Virus record (IMG/VR): IMGVR_UViG_3300042890_000947
Location: 1 to 64,000 of that record
Length of the DNA stretch: 64,000 nt
Source: a virus
Direction: 5' to 3' (one strand)
Shown here: positions 1-9,852 of the stretch, in pieces
Layout of the letters: each line of letters begins with the position of its first letter
Numbering within the stretch: position 1 is the stretch's first letter
Translations under genes and position numbers: made by a program
The notes under the pieces: model-generated
What the model was told of the DNA's origin: nothing
What the model saw: the letters and a program-made list of their open reading frames with translations, nothing else
The model's database searches: none

Positions 1-35
1 CCAACAAAGCGGTTATTTTATTATGGAGTTATTGA

Positions 36-248
36 ATGTCTCAGATTCGTAAGGTTGCTAAGGTTCTCCGTCAGAATACCAAGGGTGCTGGCATCACTGT
101 TGCCCAGATTGCCCGTCTGACTGGTGTACCTAAGGCCAGCGTTTCCAAGCGTGTGTATGACCTACGCACTCTTGAAGGCCATCGCATCTATAGCAACTAC
201 CGTACTGTTAACGGTAAGCGCAAGATGTTTTATCGTTTTGCTGCCTAA
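36..248 (+). CDS. small HTH DNA-binding protein
   Basis: basic 70-aa ORF with HTH pattern ITVAQIARLTGVPKASVSKRV; GGAG SD. Confidence 0.6.
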   Translation: MSQIRKVAKVLRQNTKGAGITVAQIARLTGVPKASVSKRVYDLRTLEGHRIYSNYRTVNGKRKMFYRFAA

Positions 249-254
249 TTTTTA

Positions 255-305
255 TTGACATGTCCAAAAAGGGATGCTATATATAAGCGTAGCATCCCTT
301 TTTAT
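255..305 (+). promoter_or_regulatory. sigma70-type promoter overlapping an intrinsic terminator hairpin
   Basis: TTGACA(255-260)-N17-TATATA; inverted repeat AAAAAGGGATGCTA/TAGCATCCCTTTTT followed by T run. Confidence 0.65.
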
Positions 306-319
306 TATGGAGTACCCGC

Positions 320-1213
320 ATGGAATTATCAATCAAAGTTGAAGACCTGAGAAAGAACAAGCTGTTCATAGCAACGCCTATGTACGGTGGTGTTAATAAC
401 GGTCTTTACATGAAGGCTTGTCTAGACCTTCAAGCAATTTGTTTTCAATATGGAATTGAAAATAGATTCTCATTTCTGTTTAACGAATCCCTAATTACTC
501 GCGCAAGAAATTATCTCGTAGATGAATTCTTGCGTTCTGGTTATACTCACTTACTCTTTCTCGATTCCGATATTCATTTCGAGCCGCAAGATATTCTTGC
601 GATGATGGCCCTTGATAAGGACGTAATTGGTGCTCCTTATCCAAAGAAGGCAATTAACTGGAAAAATATAGTTGCTGCTCTAGCTAAAAATCCTGTAATC
701 AATCCAGGAGAACTTGAGGGTCTTGTTGGCGATTATGTCTTTAATCCTGTTCCTGGTACAAAGTCATTTAATGTGAGAGAACCTCTTGAAGTTCTTGAAC
801 TTGGAACTGGTTACATGATGGTCAAGAGAGAAGTTTTTGATAAGTTTAGAGAAGCTTATCCTAAGCAGAACTATAAGCCCGATCATATTGGTCAAGCAAA
901 TTTTGATGGCACTCGTTACATTCACGCATACTTTGATACCGTTATGGATAATGGTTATACATATGATGATTTGTATTCTCTTGTCTTGAAAGCTTCAAAT
1001 GGTGAAGATGTAAGTGGAGCCGCTAAGAAGTTTATGGAAGCAGAGAAGACGGCTTCTCATCGCTATCTCTCAGAAGATTATATGTTCTGTCAGTACTGGA
1101 GAAAGATGGGCGGTCAAATTTGGCTGTGCCCATGGATGAAAACTCAGCACGTTGGCACTTATGCCTTTACTGGAAACATGCAAGCAATCGCTAATCATAC
1201 AGGAAATCTATAA
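320..1213 (+). CDS. GT-A fold glycosyltransferase-like phage protein
   Basis: IATPMYGG, ESLITRARN, FLDSDI (DxD), YLSEDYMFC motifs. Confidence 0.65.
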   Translation: MELSIKVEDLRKNKLFIATPMYGGVNNGLYMKACLDLQAICFQYGIENRFSFLFNESLITRARNYLVDEFLRSGYTHLLFLDSDIHFEPQDILAMMALDKDVIGAPYPKKAINWKNIVAALAKNPVINPGELEGLVGDYVFNPVPGTKSFNVREPLEVLELGTGYMMVKREVFDKFREAYPKQNYKPDHIGQANFDGTRYIHAYFDTVMDNGYTYDDLYSLVLKASNGEDVSGAAKKFMEAEKTASHRYLSEDYMFCQYWRKMGGQIWLCPWMKTQHVGTYAFTGNMQAIANHTGNL

Positions 1214-1863
1214 TGATCATTGGTGTAATTGGTTTTATCGGTAGCGGTAAAGGAACTGCGGCTGATATTCTAGTTGAGAAACACGGCTTCGTAAAGCTTT
1301 CATTTGCGGATGCTGTTAAGGACGCAACTGCTGCCATCTTCGGATGGCAGCGGTCTCTCCTCGAAGGTGATACGGATGAAAGCCGTAGTTTCCGCGAGAC
1401 TAAGGACGAATGGTGGTCGACAAAGTTTGGCTATGATTTCTCTCCTCGCCTTGCTCTACAGCTAATGGGTACCGAAGCCGGTCGTGATGTATTTCATAAG
1501 GATGTTTGGGTATATGCGCTTGAGCGTAAGATGGAAATGTACAAGAATGTAGTTATCGCAGATGTTCGATTCCCAAATGAGATTGAATGGATGCGGTCAA
1601 AGGGCGGCTTCGCTGTTCGTGTTTGTCGTAATGCTGATCCTGTTTGGTATGATGAAGCAGTGAAAGCAAACGCAAATGATTCTATTGCTCAAGATAGAAT
1701 GGTAGATCATTACAAAGTCCACTATTCCGAATGGGCATGGGCAGGTCAGATTATGGATTATCAGCTTGATAATAATGGAAGCATTTCCATGCTTGAAGCT
1801 GATATTGGTCACATGCTAAAAGTCTTTACAGGCCCACAAAAGCCTGCTATACTAGCAGCCTAA
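1213..1863 (+). CDS. deoxynucleoside monophosphate kinase (T4 gp1-like)
   Basis: P-loop GFIGSGKGT, SFADAVK, PRLALQLMGTEAGR, IADVRFPNE. Confidence 0.9.
   Translation: MIIGVIGFIGSGKGTAADILVEKHGFVKLSFADAVKDATAAIFGWQRSLLEGDTDESRSFRETKDEWWSTKFGYDFSPRLALQLMGTEAGRDVFHKDVWVYALERKMEMYKNVVIADVRFPNEIEWMRSKGGFAVRVCRNADPVWYDEAVKANANDSIAQDRMVDHYKVHYSEWAWAGQIMDYQLDNNGSISMLEADIGHMLKVFTGPQKPAILAA
1825..1853 (+). promoter_or_regulatory. sigma70-type promoter upstream of the clamp gene
   Basis: TTTACA-N17-TATACT with TGC extension. Confidence 0.5.
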
Positions 1864-1888
1864 ACTAAAAAACACTGGAGATTATATT

Positions 1889-2554
1889 ATGAAGATTAGT
1901 GAAAACACCCTAAGTGTATTGAAGAACTTTTCTGCGATCAATTCCGGACTTGTCTTGCAGAAGGGAAATGTTCAGAAGACTATTTCCCCTGAGAAGTCCA
2001 TTCTTGTTGAAGTCGAACTTGAAGACGCGATTCCATCTCAGTTCGGCATCTATGATCTAAATCAGTTCCTGGGTAATGTTTCTACTCTTGGAAATCCTGA
2101 TCTAAGCTTTAGCGAAAACTCTGTAATGATGAATGATGGCGATATCGCTTTCAATTATTATTCTTGTTCGCCTAACCTTATCGTATCTCCTCCCGACAAG
2201 GAGTTGAAGCTTAAGCAGGTCGATGTTAGCTTCACTCTCACGAATGCCATTCTGACCAAGCTTCTTCGTTTGGCAGCTATGAACAATCTCACTCATCTTT
2301 CCGTTGTTGGTAAGAATGGTGAAATTCGTTTACAGACCCATGAGAAGGCAAACGACACTTCCAATTCAGCTTCGTTCAAGTTGAATGATTACAAGGGTGC
2401 TGACTTCATCGCATCGTTTAAGGTTGATAACATCAAGCTCGTTCCTGGTGACTATGATGTAGAGATGCAGCTTGGAGCATTTGCCAAGTTTACTTCTACA
2501 AGTGGCGTATTCAAGGACAAGATCAAGTATTTCATCGCATTGGAGACAAAGTAA
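1889..2554 (+). CDS. 45: sliding clamp (T4 gp45)
   Basis: MKISENTLSVLKNFSAIN, FGIYDLNQFL, YFIALE C-terminus. Confidence 0.95.
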   Translation: MKISENTLSVLKNFSAINSGLVLQKGNVQKTISPEKSILVEVELEDAIPSQFGIYDLNQFLGNVSTLGNPDLSFSENSVMMNDGDIAFNYYSCSPNLIVSPPDKELKLKQVDVSFTLTNAILTKLLRLAAMNNLTHLSVVGKNGEIRLQTHEKANDTSNSASFKLNDYKGADFIASFKVDNIKLVPGDYDVEMQLGAFAKFTSTSGVFKDKIKYFIALETK

Positions 2555-2555
2555 T

Positions 2556-2840
2556 ATGGCTGGTATCGGACACAATAAGCCTTTCGTGAGTATCAATTCT
2601 CTTACCGAAACTCAGAAGACAGACTTGAAGAATGCTATTCGTGAAATGAACGATAGCATGACGCGCGTGGCTTCCGAGCGAGACTTCCAGAAGAGCGCGT
2701 TGGATGGCGCAGTTGATAAGACTGGTGTGGATAAGAAGATCATTCGCCGCATGGCAAAGGTCTACTACAAGTCCAACTATGCCGAAGAGCAGGAAGAGAA
2801 CCGTCAGTTCGAAGAATTCTATGACGCCGTGATGAAGTGA
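2556..2840 (+). CDS. dsbA: T4 DsbA-like dsDNA-binding protein
   Basis: GVDKKIIRRMAKVYYK...EEFYDAV pattern; start moved to ATG 2556. Confidence 0.65.
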   Translation: MAGIGHNKPFVSINSLTETQKTDLKNAIREMNDSMTRVASERDFQKSALDGAVDKTGVDKKIIRRMAKVYYKSNYAEEQEENRQFEEFYDAVMK

Positions 2841-3043
2841 TGGATGATAGAAACAAATATGTTATTGAGGATTCACGGATAACATCTATAGATTTTCCGC
2901 CTAAATCTTCAGACTGGCAATGTCATTTGTTTGGTTCCAAAAGAGGTCTTGTCTACACTCCTTTTGAAGGACAAGAACCTAATTGGTTCCATCGTAAGAT
3001 GCAAGAGTTGATCTTAGGTTTTAAATGGAAAAAGGTAAAGTAA
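2837..3043 (+). CDS. hypothetical protein
   Basis: ORF coupled to both neighbours. Confidence 0.5.
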   Translation: MMDDRNKYVIEDSRITSIDFPPKSSDWQCHLFGSKRGLVYTPFEGQEPNWFHRKMQELILGFKWKKVK

Positions 3044-3547
3044 ATGGCAATCGATTTGTATGGTGATGTTTATGTTGACAATTGGGACTATGCCAGAAAG
3101 ATAGTCACTCTTGGTTACAGTAAACCTTTTTATCGCATAAATTCATTTATTACACCAAACAGGGAATGCTCAATCTCATTCCATGAAGAAGAATTTAATT
3201 TTATACAGCCAAAATATAGTGAGATAGATTGTCCAGGACTATACGCGATATATGAAAAGACGATCAACGATATGTCTTGTCTATACACTGGAGGAAGTAA
3301 TCATTCTATGAGACAACGAGTATATAGATTTGTGAAGGAACTTCATGGAGTTTCTAGACATGATGAAGATCATCCTGGAGCAAGAAAGGCTCGGCGTGCT
3401 GGTGTAAATCCTAATAATCTTTTGGTAAAGTTTTTTCCAAAAAGTGAATTTCCAAAAGTGGAAAATCTTGTTGTTGAGTATGAAACACTTGATGAAACAG
3501 TAGCAATAATGTTAAAGTCTAGGTTTAATACCAGAAAGAAAGCTTAA
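3044..3547 (+). CDS. GIY-YIG-like nuclease
   Basis: PGLYAIY...LYTGGSNHSMRQRV motif and later Glu. Confidence 0.5.
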   Translation: MAIDLYGDVYVDNWDYARKIVTLGYSKPFYRINSFITPNRECSISFHEEEFNFIQPKYSEIDCPGLYAIYEKTINDMSCLYTGGSNHSMRQRVYRFVKELHGVSRHDEDHPGARKARRAGVNPNNLLVKFFPKSEFPKVENLVVEYETLDETVAIMLKSRFNTRKKA

Positions 3548-3549
3548 TA

Positions 3550-3795
3550 ATGACCAAAGATGTAATAGCACGAATGGACGAACTCATGAAGCCTATTGAC
3601 AGGCAGATCATGATGTGCGATAATGTTGAAGACTTGCTAATGTTGGCTTCCAACATGATGGTTACCGCCAAGATGATCTATGTTCAGCAGCTTGGCGGTG
3701 AAGGTGCAAAACTCCTAATTCAAAAGATGGTGAATGAAATTGACGAACGAATCCTTCCTGTGGGTCGAGAAGTACCGCCCGAAGACTATTGCTGA
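3550..3795 (+). CDS. hypothetical protein
   Basis: ORF; 3' end overlaps the gp44 start. Confidence 0.5.
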   Translation: MTKDVIARMDELMKPIDRQIMMCDNVEDLLMLASNMMVTAKMIYVQQLGGEGAKLLIQKMVNEIDERILPVGREVPPEDYC

Positions 3796-4681
3796 TTGTA
3801 TTCTTCCTGATCGCCTGAAAAAGCCATTTCAGGAATATGTAGAGAAGCAAGAAATTCCAAATCTCATGTTGACTGGTTCTGCGGGTGTTGGTAAGACAAC
3901 CGTAGCGAAAGCTATGTGTGATGAGATTGGTATCAATCATCTGTATATCAATGCCTCTGAAAATCGTGGTATTGATATGCTGCGAACTACCATTCGCGGT
4001 TATGCTTCCACTGTGTCTCTGACTGGTGGTAAAAAGGTAATTATCCTAGACGAAGCTGACTATATGACTCCAGATGCACAGGCAGCGATGCGTGGTGCTA
4101 TCGAAGAGTTTTCTGCTAACTGTACATTCATCTTCACTTGTAACTTCAAGTCCAAGCTGATTGATGCTCTTCATTCTCGTTGTTCTGTCATTGACTTTGC
4201 TTTGAAGAATGATGAGAAGTCGAAGATGGCCATGCAGTTGATGAAGCGTATGGAAAACGTACTAACACTGGAAGGTATCACTTATGATAAGGCGGTTCTT
4301 GCGAAGATTATCGAAAAGTACTTCCCTGACTATCGCCGTACTCTTAATGAGCTACAGCGGTATAGTTCTTCTGGCTCTTTGGATGCAGGCATCGTTGCAC
4401 AACTCTCAGATGTTCGTAAAATTTCCGAGCTGGTTAAGTTTCTAAAGGACAAGAACTTTGGTGATATGCGAAAGTGGTGTGTAGCCAATTCTGATATTGA
4501 GCCAGCACGTATCTATCGCAAGGTCTATGATAGTCTGTATGAGTATTTCAAGCCTGAGAGTATTCCACAAGCAGTTGTGATTATCTCAAAGTATCAATAT
4601 CAGGCCGCGTTTGTTGCTGATCAAGAAATCAATCTAGTCGCTTGTTTGACCGAACTAATGGTGGACTGTGAATATGTCTAA
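3734..4681 (+). CDS. 44: clamp loader large subunit (T4 gp44)
   Basis: LWVEKYRP, Walker A GSAGVGKTT, DEAD, SRC motif. Confidence 0.95.
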   Translation: MKLTNESFLWVEKYRPKTIADCILPDRLKKPFQEYVEKQEIPNLMLTGSAGVGKTTVAKAMCDEIGINHLYINASENRGIDMLRTTIRGYASTVSLTGGKKVIILDEADYMTPDAQAAMRGAIEEFSANCTFIFTCNFKSKLIDALHSRCSVIDFALKNDEKSKMAMQLMKRMENVLTLEGITYDKAVLAKIIEKYFPDYRRTLNELQRYSSSGSLDAGIVAQLSDVRKISELVKFLKDKNFGDMRKWCVANSDIEPARIYRKVYDSLYEYFKPESIPQAVVIISKYQYQAAFVADQEINLVACLTELMVDCEYV

Positions 4682-5570
4682 TTACAAACTGATATGCTCT
4701 AACAATATCGCAGCAATGAAATCAATGGAAGCAAATTCCATTGATGCTTGTATTACTGATCCTCCTTATGGTATGGAAATTGCTGGTGTTGGTTGGGATC
4801 ATAATGTTCCTCCTGTTGATACTTGGAAAGAAATGAATAGGGTATTGAAGCCCGGCGCTTTTGTCTTGTCATTTTGTGCGCCTGAATTTTATCACCGCAT
4901 GGCAGTTAATGTTGAAGATGCTGGCTTCCGTCCTCTTGACATGATTGTTTGGATGATCACGACTAAGATGGCAAAAGCTAATCGTCTTAAGCCTGCTCAT
5001 GAACCAATCTTTGTAGCTCAGAAACCTATTGAGGGTTCTATTGAGAAGAACTTTGAGAAGTGGGGTTGCGGCAAGATTAATATTGATCGTGCGCGTATTC
5101 CTTGGGATGGTAAACCGCCAACTGGATGGATTAAGGGTGGATCAAAGCGTCGAGCATTTGGCAGTGATGTAGCTAAAGCTGCTGATCAAGCTGTGAAGGA
5201 AACAGAAGATGCTAATCCTACTGGACGTTATCCTTCAAATATCATCGGCCATTTTGATGACACTGAACACCAGAAATATTTCTACGCACCTAGAGTAACG
5301 AGAAAGGAACGCGGAGAATATAACGATCACCCGACTCCTAAGCCGATCTCTTTGATGCGATATCTTTGTCGTGTGTATGCGCCTGCTAATGGTCTTGTTA
5401 TTGATCCATTTATGGGATCAGGGTCTACTGGCATCGCAGCAATACAGGAAGGACAGAAGTTTGTTGGTATTGATCTAGACAAACACTATGTTGATATCTC
5501 AGAACGCCGTATTCAGGATCATTGTTTTAATAAGGAAAATACTCTAGAAAAGCTATTCGAGTATGAATGA
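4674..5570 (+). CDS. DNA amino-methyltransferase (N6-A/N4-C, beta class)
   Basis: ITDPPY, HPTPKP, DPFMGSGSTG in beta-class order. Confidence 0.9.
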   Translation: MSNYKLICSNNIAAMKSMEANSIDACITDPPYGMEIAGVGWDHNVPPVDTWKEMNRVLKPGAFVLSFCAPEFYHRMAVNVEDAGFRPLDMIVWMITTKMAKANRLKPAHEPIFVAQKPIEGSIEKNFEKWGCGKINIDRARIPWDGKPPTGWIKGGSKRRAFGSDVAKAADQAVKETEDANPTGRYPSNIIGHFDDTEHQKYFYAPRVTRKERGEYNDHPTPKPISLMRYLCRVYAPANGLVIDPFMGSGSTGIAAIQEGQKFVGIDLDKHYVDISERRIQDHCFNKENTLEKLFEYE

Positions 5571-5582
5571 AGTTCGTTGACA

Positions 5583-5590
5583 TATAAATA
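5583..5590 (+). promoter_or_regulatory. T4-type late promoter
   Basis: TATAAATA directly upstream of ORF 5596. Confidence 0.6.
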
Positions 5591-5595
5591 GAATT

Positions 5596-6774
5596 ATGCT
5601 AACATACGAAGAATATAAACAGATCAAGCTAACTGAATCTTTCCTATCGAAACTCTTTGGTTCGATAGTAGAAAAGTTTAAGTCTTTGTTGGCGTCACTG
5701 AGTTTTGGAAAACAAGTATCCATGAAAATCGATATACCCGATAGCAATTTGAATGAAGATATAGATTTAAAATCACGATTGGGATATCTTTCGGAATTTG
5801 CCTGTGCTTCAACTCTCTCTAGCGTAATCAAAAATAAAGGTCTGCGCTTAACGAGTAGATCAAATCCTAAGAAGCTTAATGATGAATTTCTAGCTAAAAA
5901 GAAAATAGTCCAAAAACTCGGTGCTTCTCAATCTGAAATTGATAGAATGGTAACAGCAGGTTCTATTATAGCAAAACAAATCTTTGAGGATGTTATCGTT
6001 AAAGACGAAGACCTACTTTTACTTACTTTTGATATTAATCTCACAGGAGATTCTGGCAAAGGTGTTACCAAAGCAGATTTAATATTGACTGTCACAAAGG
6101 ATTCAGAAAAAGTGGTTGTTGATAAGATTGTGGCTTCTTTGAAAGCATATAAGTCGGCATCTATCAATCTTTCAAATTCTACTTTCATTAGCTTAATTAA
6201 GACCTTGTTCTATGATGCCGATGCTGACATTTCAGGTAGTACGGAAAAGTTCATTCTCAAATTTGCCAAAGACTATGGTTCTGAAAAAGATTTGCGTCAA
6301 CTTTATGATTATCAGAATATCATTGGAACTGAAATGAAAAAAGGCAAATCAAAAGAAGATGCCCGTAAGAAAGCTAAGAAAACACATGGAGATGTGATCG
6401 AAATAATTGCCAAAATCTTTCAGAAATATTATCCTAAACACAAGAAAGTGATGAATGAAAGAGTTCTGCGTATGTTAGGTTTCGATGGTGAGGATGATTT
6501 CTACGCTGCTATTGGTGAAGCGGGTAAACAGAAGATCATTTCTTCTCGCAAGAGTGAAGAATTACAAAGGATGATTTCACAACTGTCGAAGAATTTCACT
6601 CTCACAGTAAAGAGAAACGGCAAAACAAATAACGCGAATATTCTGTTCATAGCGCCTAATGGCGAAGTTATTACCAAAGCTAACATCACATTTGCTGATA
6701 CTGGTGGACCTTCGGCACAAGGTAAGACTAATGCCTTTGTGGACTTCAAAAAATTCATCCTCAAGAGAGACTAA
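5596..6774 (+). CDS. putative PD-(D/E)xK nuclease-like protein, possibly virion-packaged
   Basis: GYLSEFA...KADLILTV...IVASLKAY pattern; N-terminus resembles the T4 capsid-targeting sequence. Confidence 0.45.
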   Translation: MLTYEEYKQIKLTESFLSKLFGSIVEKFKSLLASLSFGKQVSMKIDIPDSNLNEDIDLKSRLGYLSEFACASTLSSVIKNKGLRLTSRSNPKKLNDEFLAKKKIVQKLGASQSEIDRMVTAGSIIAKQIFEDVIVKDEDLLLLTFDINLTGDSGKGVTKADLILTVTKDSEKVVVDKIVASLKAYKSASINLSNSTFISLIKTLFYDADADISGSTEKFILKFAKDYGSEKDLRQLYDYQNIIGTEMKKGKSKEDARKKAKKTHGDVIEIIAKIFQKYYPKHKKVMNERVLRMLGFDGEDDFYAAIGEAGKQKIISSRKSEELQRMISQLSKNFTLTVKRNGKTNNANILFIAPNGEVITKANITFADTGGPSAQGKTNAFVDFKKFILKRD

Positions 6775-6775
6775 T

Positions 6776-7195
6776 ATGACTGACCTTTTCAAAGACATTA
6801 TACCTTCCATTCATGTGACTAAGAAGGTAGTTATCACCACTGAAAACGAACGGGACTATGTCCCGTTCGTCGTTAACCGTTCCATATCCTTCCACCTGGA
6901 TATGGTAATGGCAGCAAACCAGATGAATATGAACCCATCGACCGACAATCTCCTACAATATCACTATCTGCTAAATACTGTAAGAGCCTATAAAAGGCCT
7001 TTCCAGAAATGGCAAAAGCGTGATATTGTAGAGAATTTGGAAGCGGTGAAAGAATTTTATAACTATTCCAACGAGAAGGCTAAGGAAGCCTTGTCCTTAT
7101 TGTCTGACACGCAGATACAAGAGATTAAGAAGTATTTAAATAAAGGTGGTTTGAATGTTAGACATAAACGAACTAGTGGAGGTAACGCTACCTAA
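6776..7195 (+). CDS. 62: clamp loader small subunit (T4 gp62)
   Basis: YVPFVVNRSISF, ANQMN, YNYSNEKAKEAL; synteny 44-62-regA. Confidence 0.9.
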   Translation: MTDLFKDIIPSIHVTKKVVITTENERDYVPFVVNRSISFHLDMVMAANQMNMNPSTDNLLQYHYLLNTVRAYKRPFQKWQKRDIVENLEAVKEFYNYSNEKAKEALSLLSDTQIQEIKKYLNKGGLNVRHKRTSGGNAT

Positions 7196-7559
7196 CCCAG
7201 ATAATTTTTTAAAGGTTCGTGAGACGCTTTCGCGTATTGGAGTAGCCTCAAAGAAAGATAAAACGCTGTATCAGTCCTGTCACATACTACACAAGCAGGG
7301 TAGATATTACATCGTTCATTTTAAGCAATTATTTCTATTAGACGGGAAGCAGTCAGACTTCGTAGAAGATGACCGCGCCCGTCTTAATACTATTGCCAAC
7401 CTACTGTCCGAGTGGGAACTGGTAAGTTTGGTAGATGAAAACAAAAGTGCAGTGCCTGTAGCCCCACTATCTCAAATCAAAATTATTTCTCATAAAGAAA
7501 AGATTGATTGGAATCTTGTGGCTAAATATAACATAGGTAAAAAGCGCAAGGAAGAATAG
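7155..7559 (+). CDS. regA: RegA translational repressor
   Basis: FLKVRETLSRIGVAS, LYQSCHILHKQGRYYIVHFK. Confidence 0.95.
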   Translation: MLDINELVEVTLPNPDNFLKVRETLSRIGVASKKDKTLYQSCHILHKQGRYYIVHFKQLFLLDGKQSDFVEDDRARLNTIANLLSEWELVSLVDENKSAVPVAPLSQIKIISHKEKIDWNLVAKYNIGKKRKEE

Positions 7560-7562
7560 ACT

Positions 7563-8903
7563 ATGGCACAGTTCCGTAAAGATACTAATCAGTATTTAAA
7601 CCAAGAAAAAACAATATTTGAAGTTGTTATGTTGGCTGATCAATATGGAAGTGTTATCGGTCCCGCTAATCCATCAGGCATGGCAGTTGATGCTTTTGGT
7701 AGAGCAAGAGTTTCACAGCCTATGACCCTGTTTGATTCGTTTCATCGATATCAGGATAATGGAAAAGTAGGTACTGCCAATTCTGCAGGCACGACTGTTA
7801 CACATGACGCAAATTCTTCGTCTGTAGTATGTTCTGTAGGAACTGCAAATAACAATTATGTTTATCGTGAATCGAATCGCGTATTTGCTTATCAGCCAGG
7901 CAAATCATTACAAATCTTACAGACATTTGTTATGGCACCAGCACAGACTGGACTAAGACAAAGATATGGATATTTCGATACAGAGAATGGTGTGTTTTTA
8001 GAACAAGACGGACATAACATATATTTTGTTAGACGCTCAAAATCTAGCGGTACAGTCACAGAGACAAGAGTCGCGCAATCCAATTGGAACATAGACAGAG
8101 TTGATGGTTCAAATGTTCCTGGTAGTTCAGAAGGTAATCCTGCAGCAAATAAAAATCCATCTGGATATACTTTAGATTTGTCAAAATCTCAAATTCTATT
8201 TCATGATATTGAGTGGTTAGGCGTAGGTTCAGTAAGAGCAGGGTTTGTTATTGACGGTAAGTTCATACACTGTCATACATGGAATCACGCAAACATTCTT
8301 GATAACACATACATGACTACAGCATGTTTACCTATTCGCTGTGAAATACAAAATACAGCAGATACAGCAAACAACAGTAATCTTCGCATCATATGTACTT
8401 CTGTAATGTCCGAAGGTGGATACGAAATGCGTGGTAGACCAAAGACTATTGGTCAATTACCCAATACATCTTATACATTATCTACTGCTGGACGATTCTA
8501 TCCTGTGGTTGCTATTAGATTGAAATCAGATAGAAAAGATGCTATAGTAGTTCCAAAGAATATTAGTGTCTTGGGACTTACAGGTAATGGAACAAGACTT
8601 GCTTATAGAGTTATAACAGGCGCAGAGATAACTGGCGGCACTTGGGTAGACGCAGGTAGTGATTCCGCTGTACAATATAATATAACAGGAACAGCACTTG
8701 CAAATGGAACATCACATATAAATGGTTATACATATGTGGCTCAGCAAGGCGGTTCTCCTGGCGAATTGAGCGACGGTCAATTCCAATTTCAATTAGAGAG
8801 AAATAATTTTACAGGAACAAATACAACATTTGTTTTAGCAGTTGCAGGATATGGAGCAGGAGATACTTGTGTCGGCTCTATTGATTGGCAAGAAATAACT
8901 TAA
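7563..8903 (+). CDS. probable virion structural protein (beta-rich)
   Basis: DAFGRARVS, YQPGKS, DIEWLGVGSVRAGF motifs recalled from large myovirus proteins. Confidence 0.5.
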   Translation: MAQFRKDTNQYLNQEKTIFEVVMLADQYGSVIGPANPSGMAVDAFGRARVSQPMTLFDSFHRYQDNGKVGTANSAGTTVTHDANSSSVVCSVGTANNNYVYRESNRVFAYQPGKSLQILQTFVMAPAQTGLRQRYGYFDTENGVFLEQDGHNIYFVRRSKSSGTVTETRVAQSNWNIDRVDGSNVPGSSEGNPAANKNPSGYTLDLSKSQILFHDIEWLGVGSVRAGFVIDGKFIHCHTWNHANILDNTYMTTACLPIRCEIQNTADTANNSNLRIICTSVMSEGGYEMRGRPKTIGQLPNTSYTLSTAGRFYPVVAIRLKSDRKDAIVVPKNISVLGLTGNGTRLAYRVITGAEITGGTWVDAGSDSAVQYNITGTALANGTSHINGYTYVAQQGGSPGELSDGQFQFQLERNNFTGTNTTFVLAVAGYGAGDTCVGSIDWQEIT

Positions 8904-8920
8904 TAACAACGGAGTATATC

Positions 8921-9529
8921 ATGAATAGATTGAATGTATATAAGACAAATCCAAATATCGTATTGCCGAGATTTGGTACCAAGCAAGCTGCTTGTTTTGA
9001 CATTTCATTTCAAGCGGAAGGCAAAGCAACATATAGTGGATACAATTCTTTTAATGCGCCATTCACAAGAGCTTTGACCAGTTCTGGCGCGATTCGTATT
9101 ATGCCAGGTGATCGTATCCTTGTTCCTACTGGATTGATCTTCGATATTCCAGAGGGCTATTCAGTTCGTATTCATCCACGCTCAGGGCTATCTTATAAGC
9201 AGGGTCTTATTCTTGCTAATCTCGAGGCTGTAATCGATTCTGATTACATCCAAGAAACTTTTATTCTGCTCACTAATCGTTCCGAAGTGGATCAGACGAT
9301 AAATAATGGTGATAGAATTGCACAGGCCGAACTTGTAAAGAAGGAAGAATATGTGCTTTGGGAAATTATGGAAGCGCCAACGCAAAAGACTGATCGAATC
9401 GGTGGTCTTGGCTCAACTGGCGTTGCTGTATTTGTACCAGATGAGATAAAAACTGAACCAGTTGTTCTTAACGAAGAAGTTCAACCAGAAGTCAAGCGCG
9501 GTAGAGGAAGACCAAGAAAGGTAGCATAG
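8921..9529 (+). CDS. dut: dUTPase with C-terminal AT-hook-like tail
   Basis: PRSGL, IDSDY, GDRIAQ, RIGGLGSTG; tail KRGRGRPRK. Confidence 0.9.
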   Translation: MNRLNVYKTNPNIVLPRFGTKQAACFDISFQAEGKATYSGYNSFNAPFTRALTSSGAIRIMPGDRILVPTGLIFDIPEGYSVRIHPRSGLSYKQGLILANLEAVIDSDYIQETFILLTNRSEVDQTINNGDRIAQAELVKKEEYVLWEIMEAPTQKTDRIGGLGSTGVAVFVPDEIKTEPVVLNEEVQPEVKRGRGRPRKVA

Positions 9530-9852
9530 TGCCAGGAGCCCATAGAGATACAGACAAAAGATTTTGCGGTGCCAAAACAAATGTAACAGGACAAGATAAG
9601 GTTCTTGTTAACGGATTGTTATGGGCTGTTGAAGGCGATAAAAACGATCATTGTAATCAAGGTGCTTTATCTGCTGTATATGGATCAAAGTGTGTTGAGA
9701 TATCTGGAAAAAAGATCATATGTGCGATGGGAGATGCTGCCGCTGGGGATCTTGAGGATTGTATTTATGAACATCCGGCAGGATCTACTAATCCACTAGG
9801 ACACTCATACCAGGTTCTTGTCTATGGTGGAGCAGCTGGTGGTGGTAAATGA
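9529..9852 (+). CDS. PAAR-like spike tip protein (gp5.4-like)
   Basis: MPGAHRDTD start, VNGL-AVEGD, His/Cys ligands. Confidence 0.7.
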   Translation: MPGAHRDTDKRFCGAKTNVTGQDKVLVNGLLWAVEGDKNDHCNQGALSAVYGSKCVEISGKKIICAMGDAAAGDLEDCIYEHPAGSTNPLGHSYQVLVYGGAAGGGK

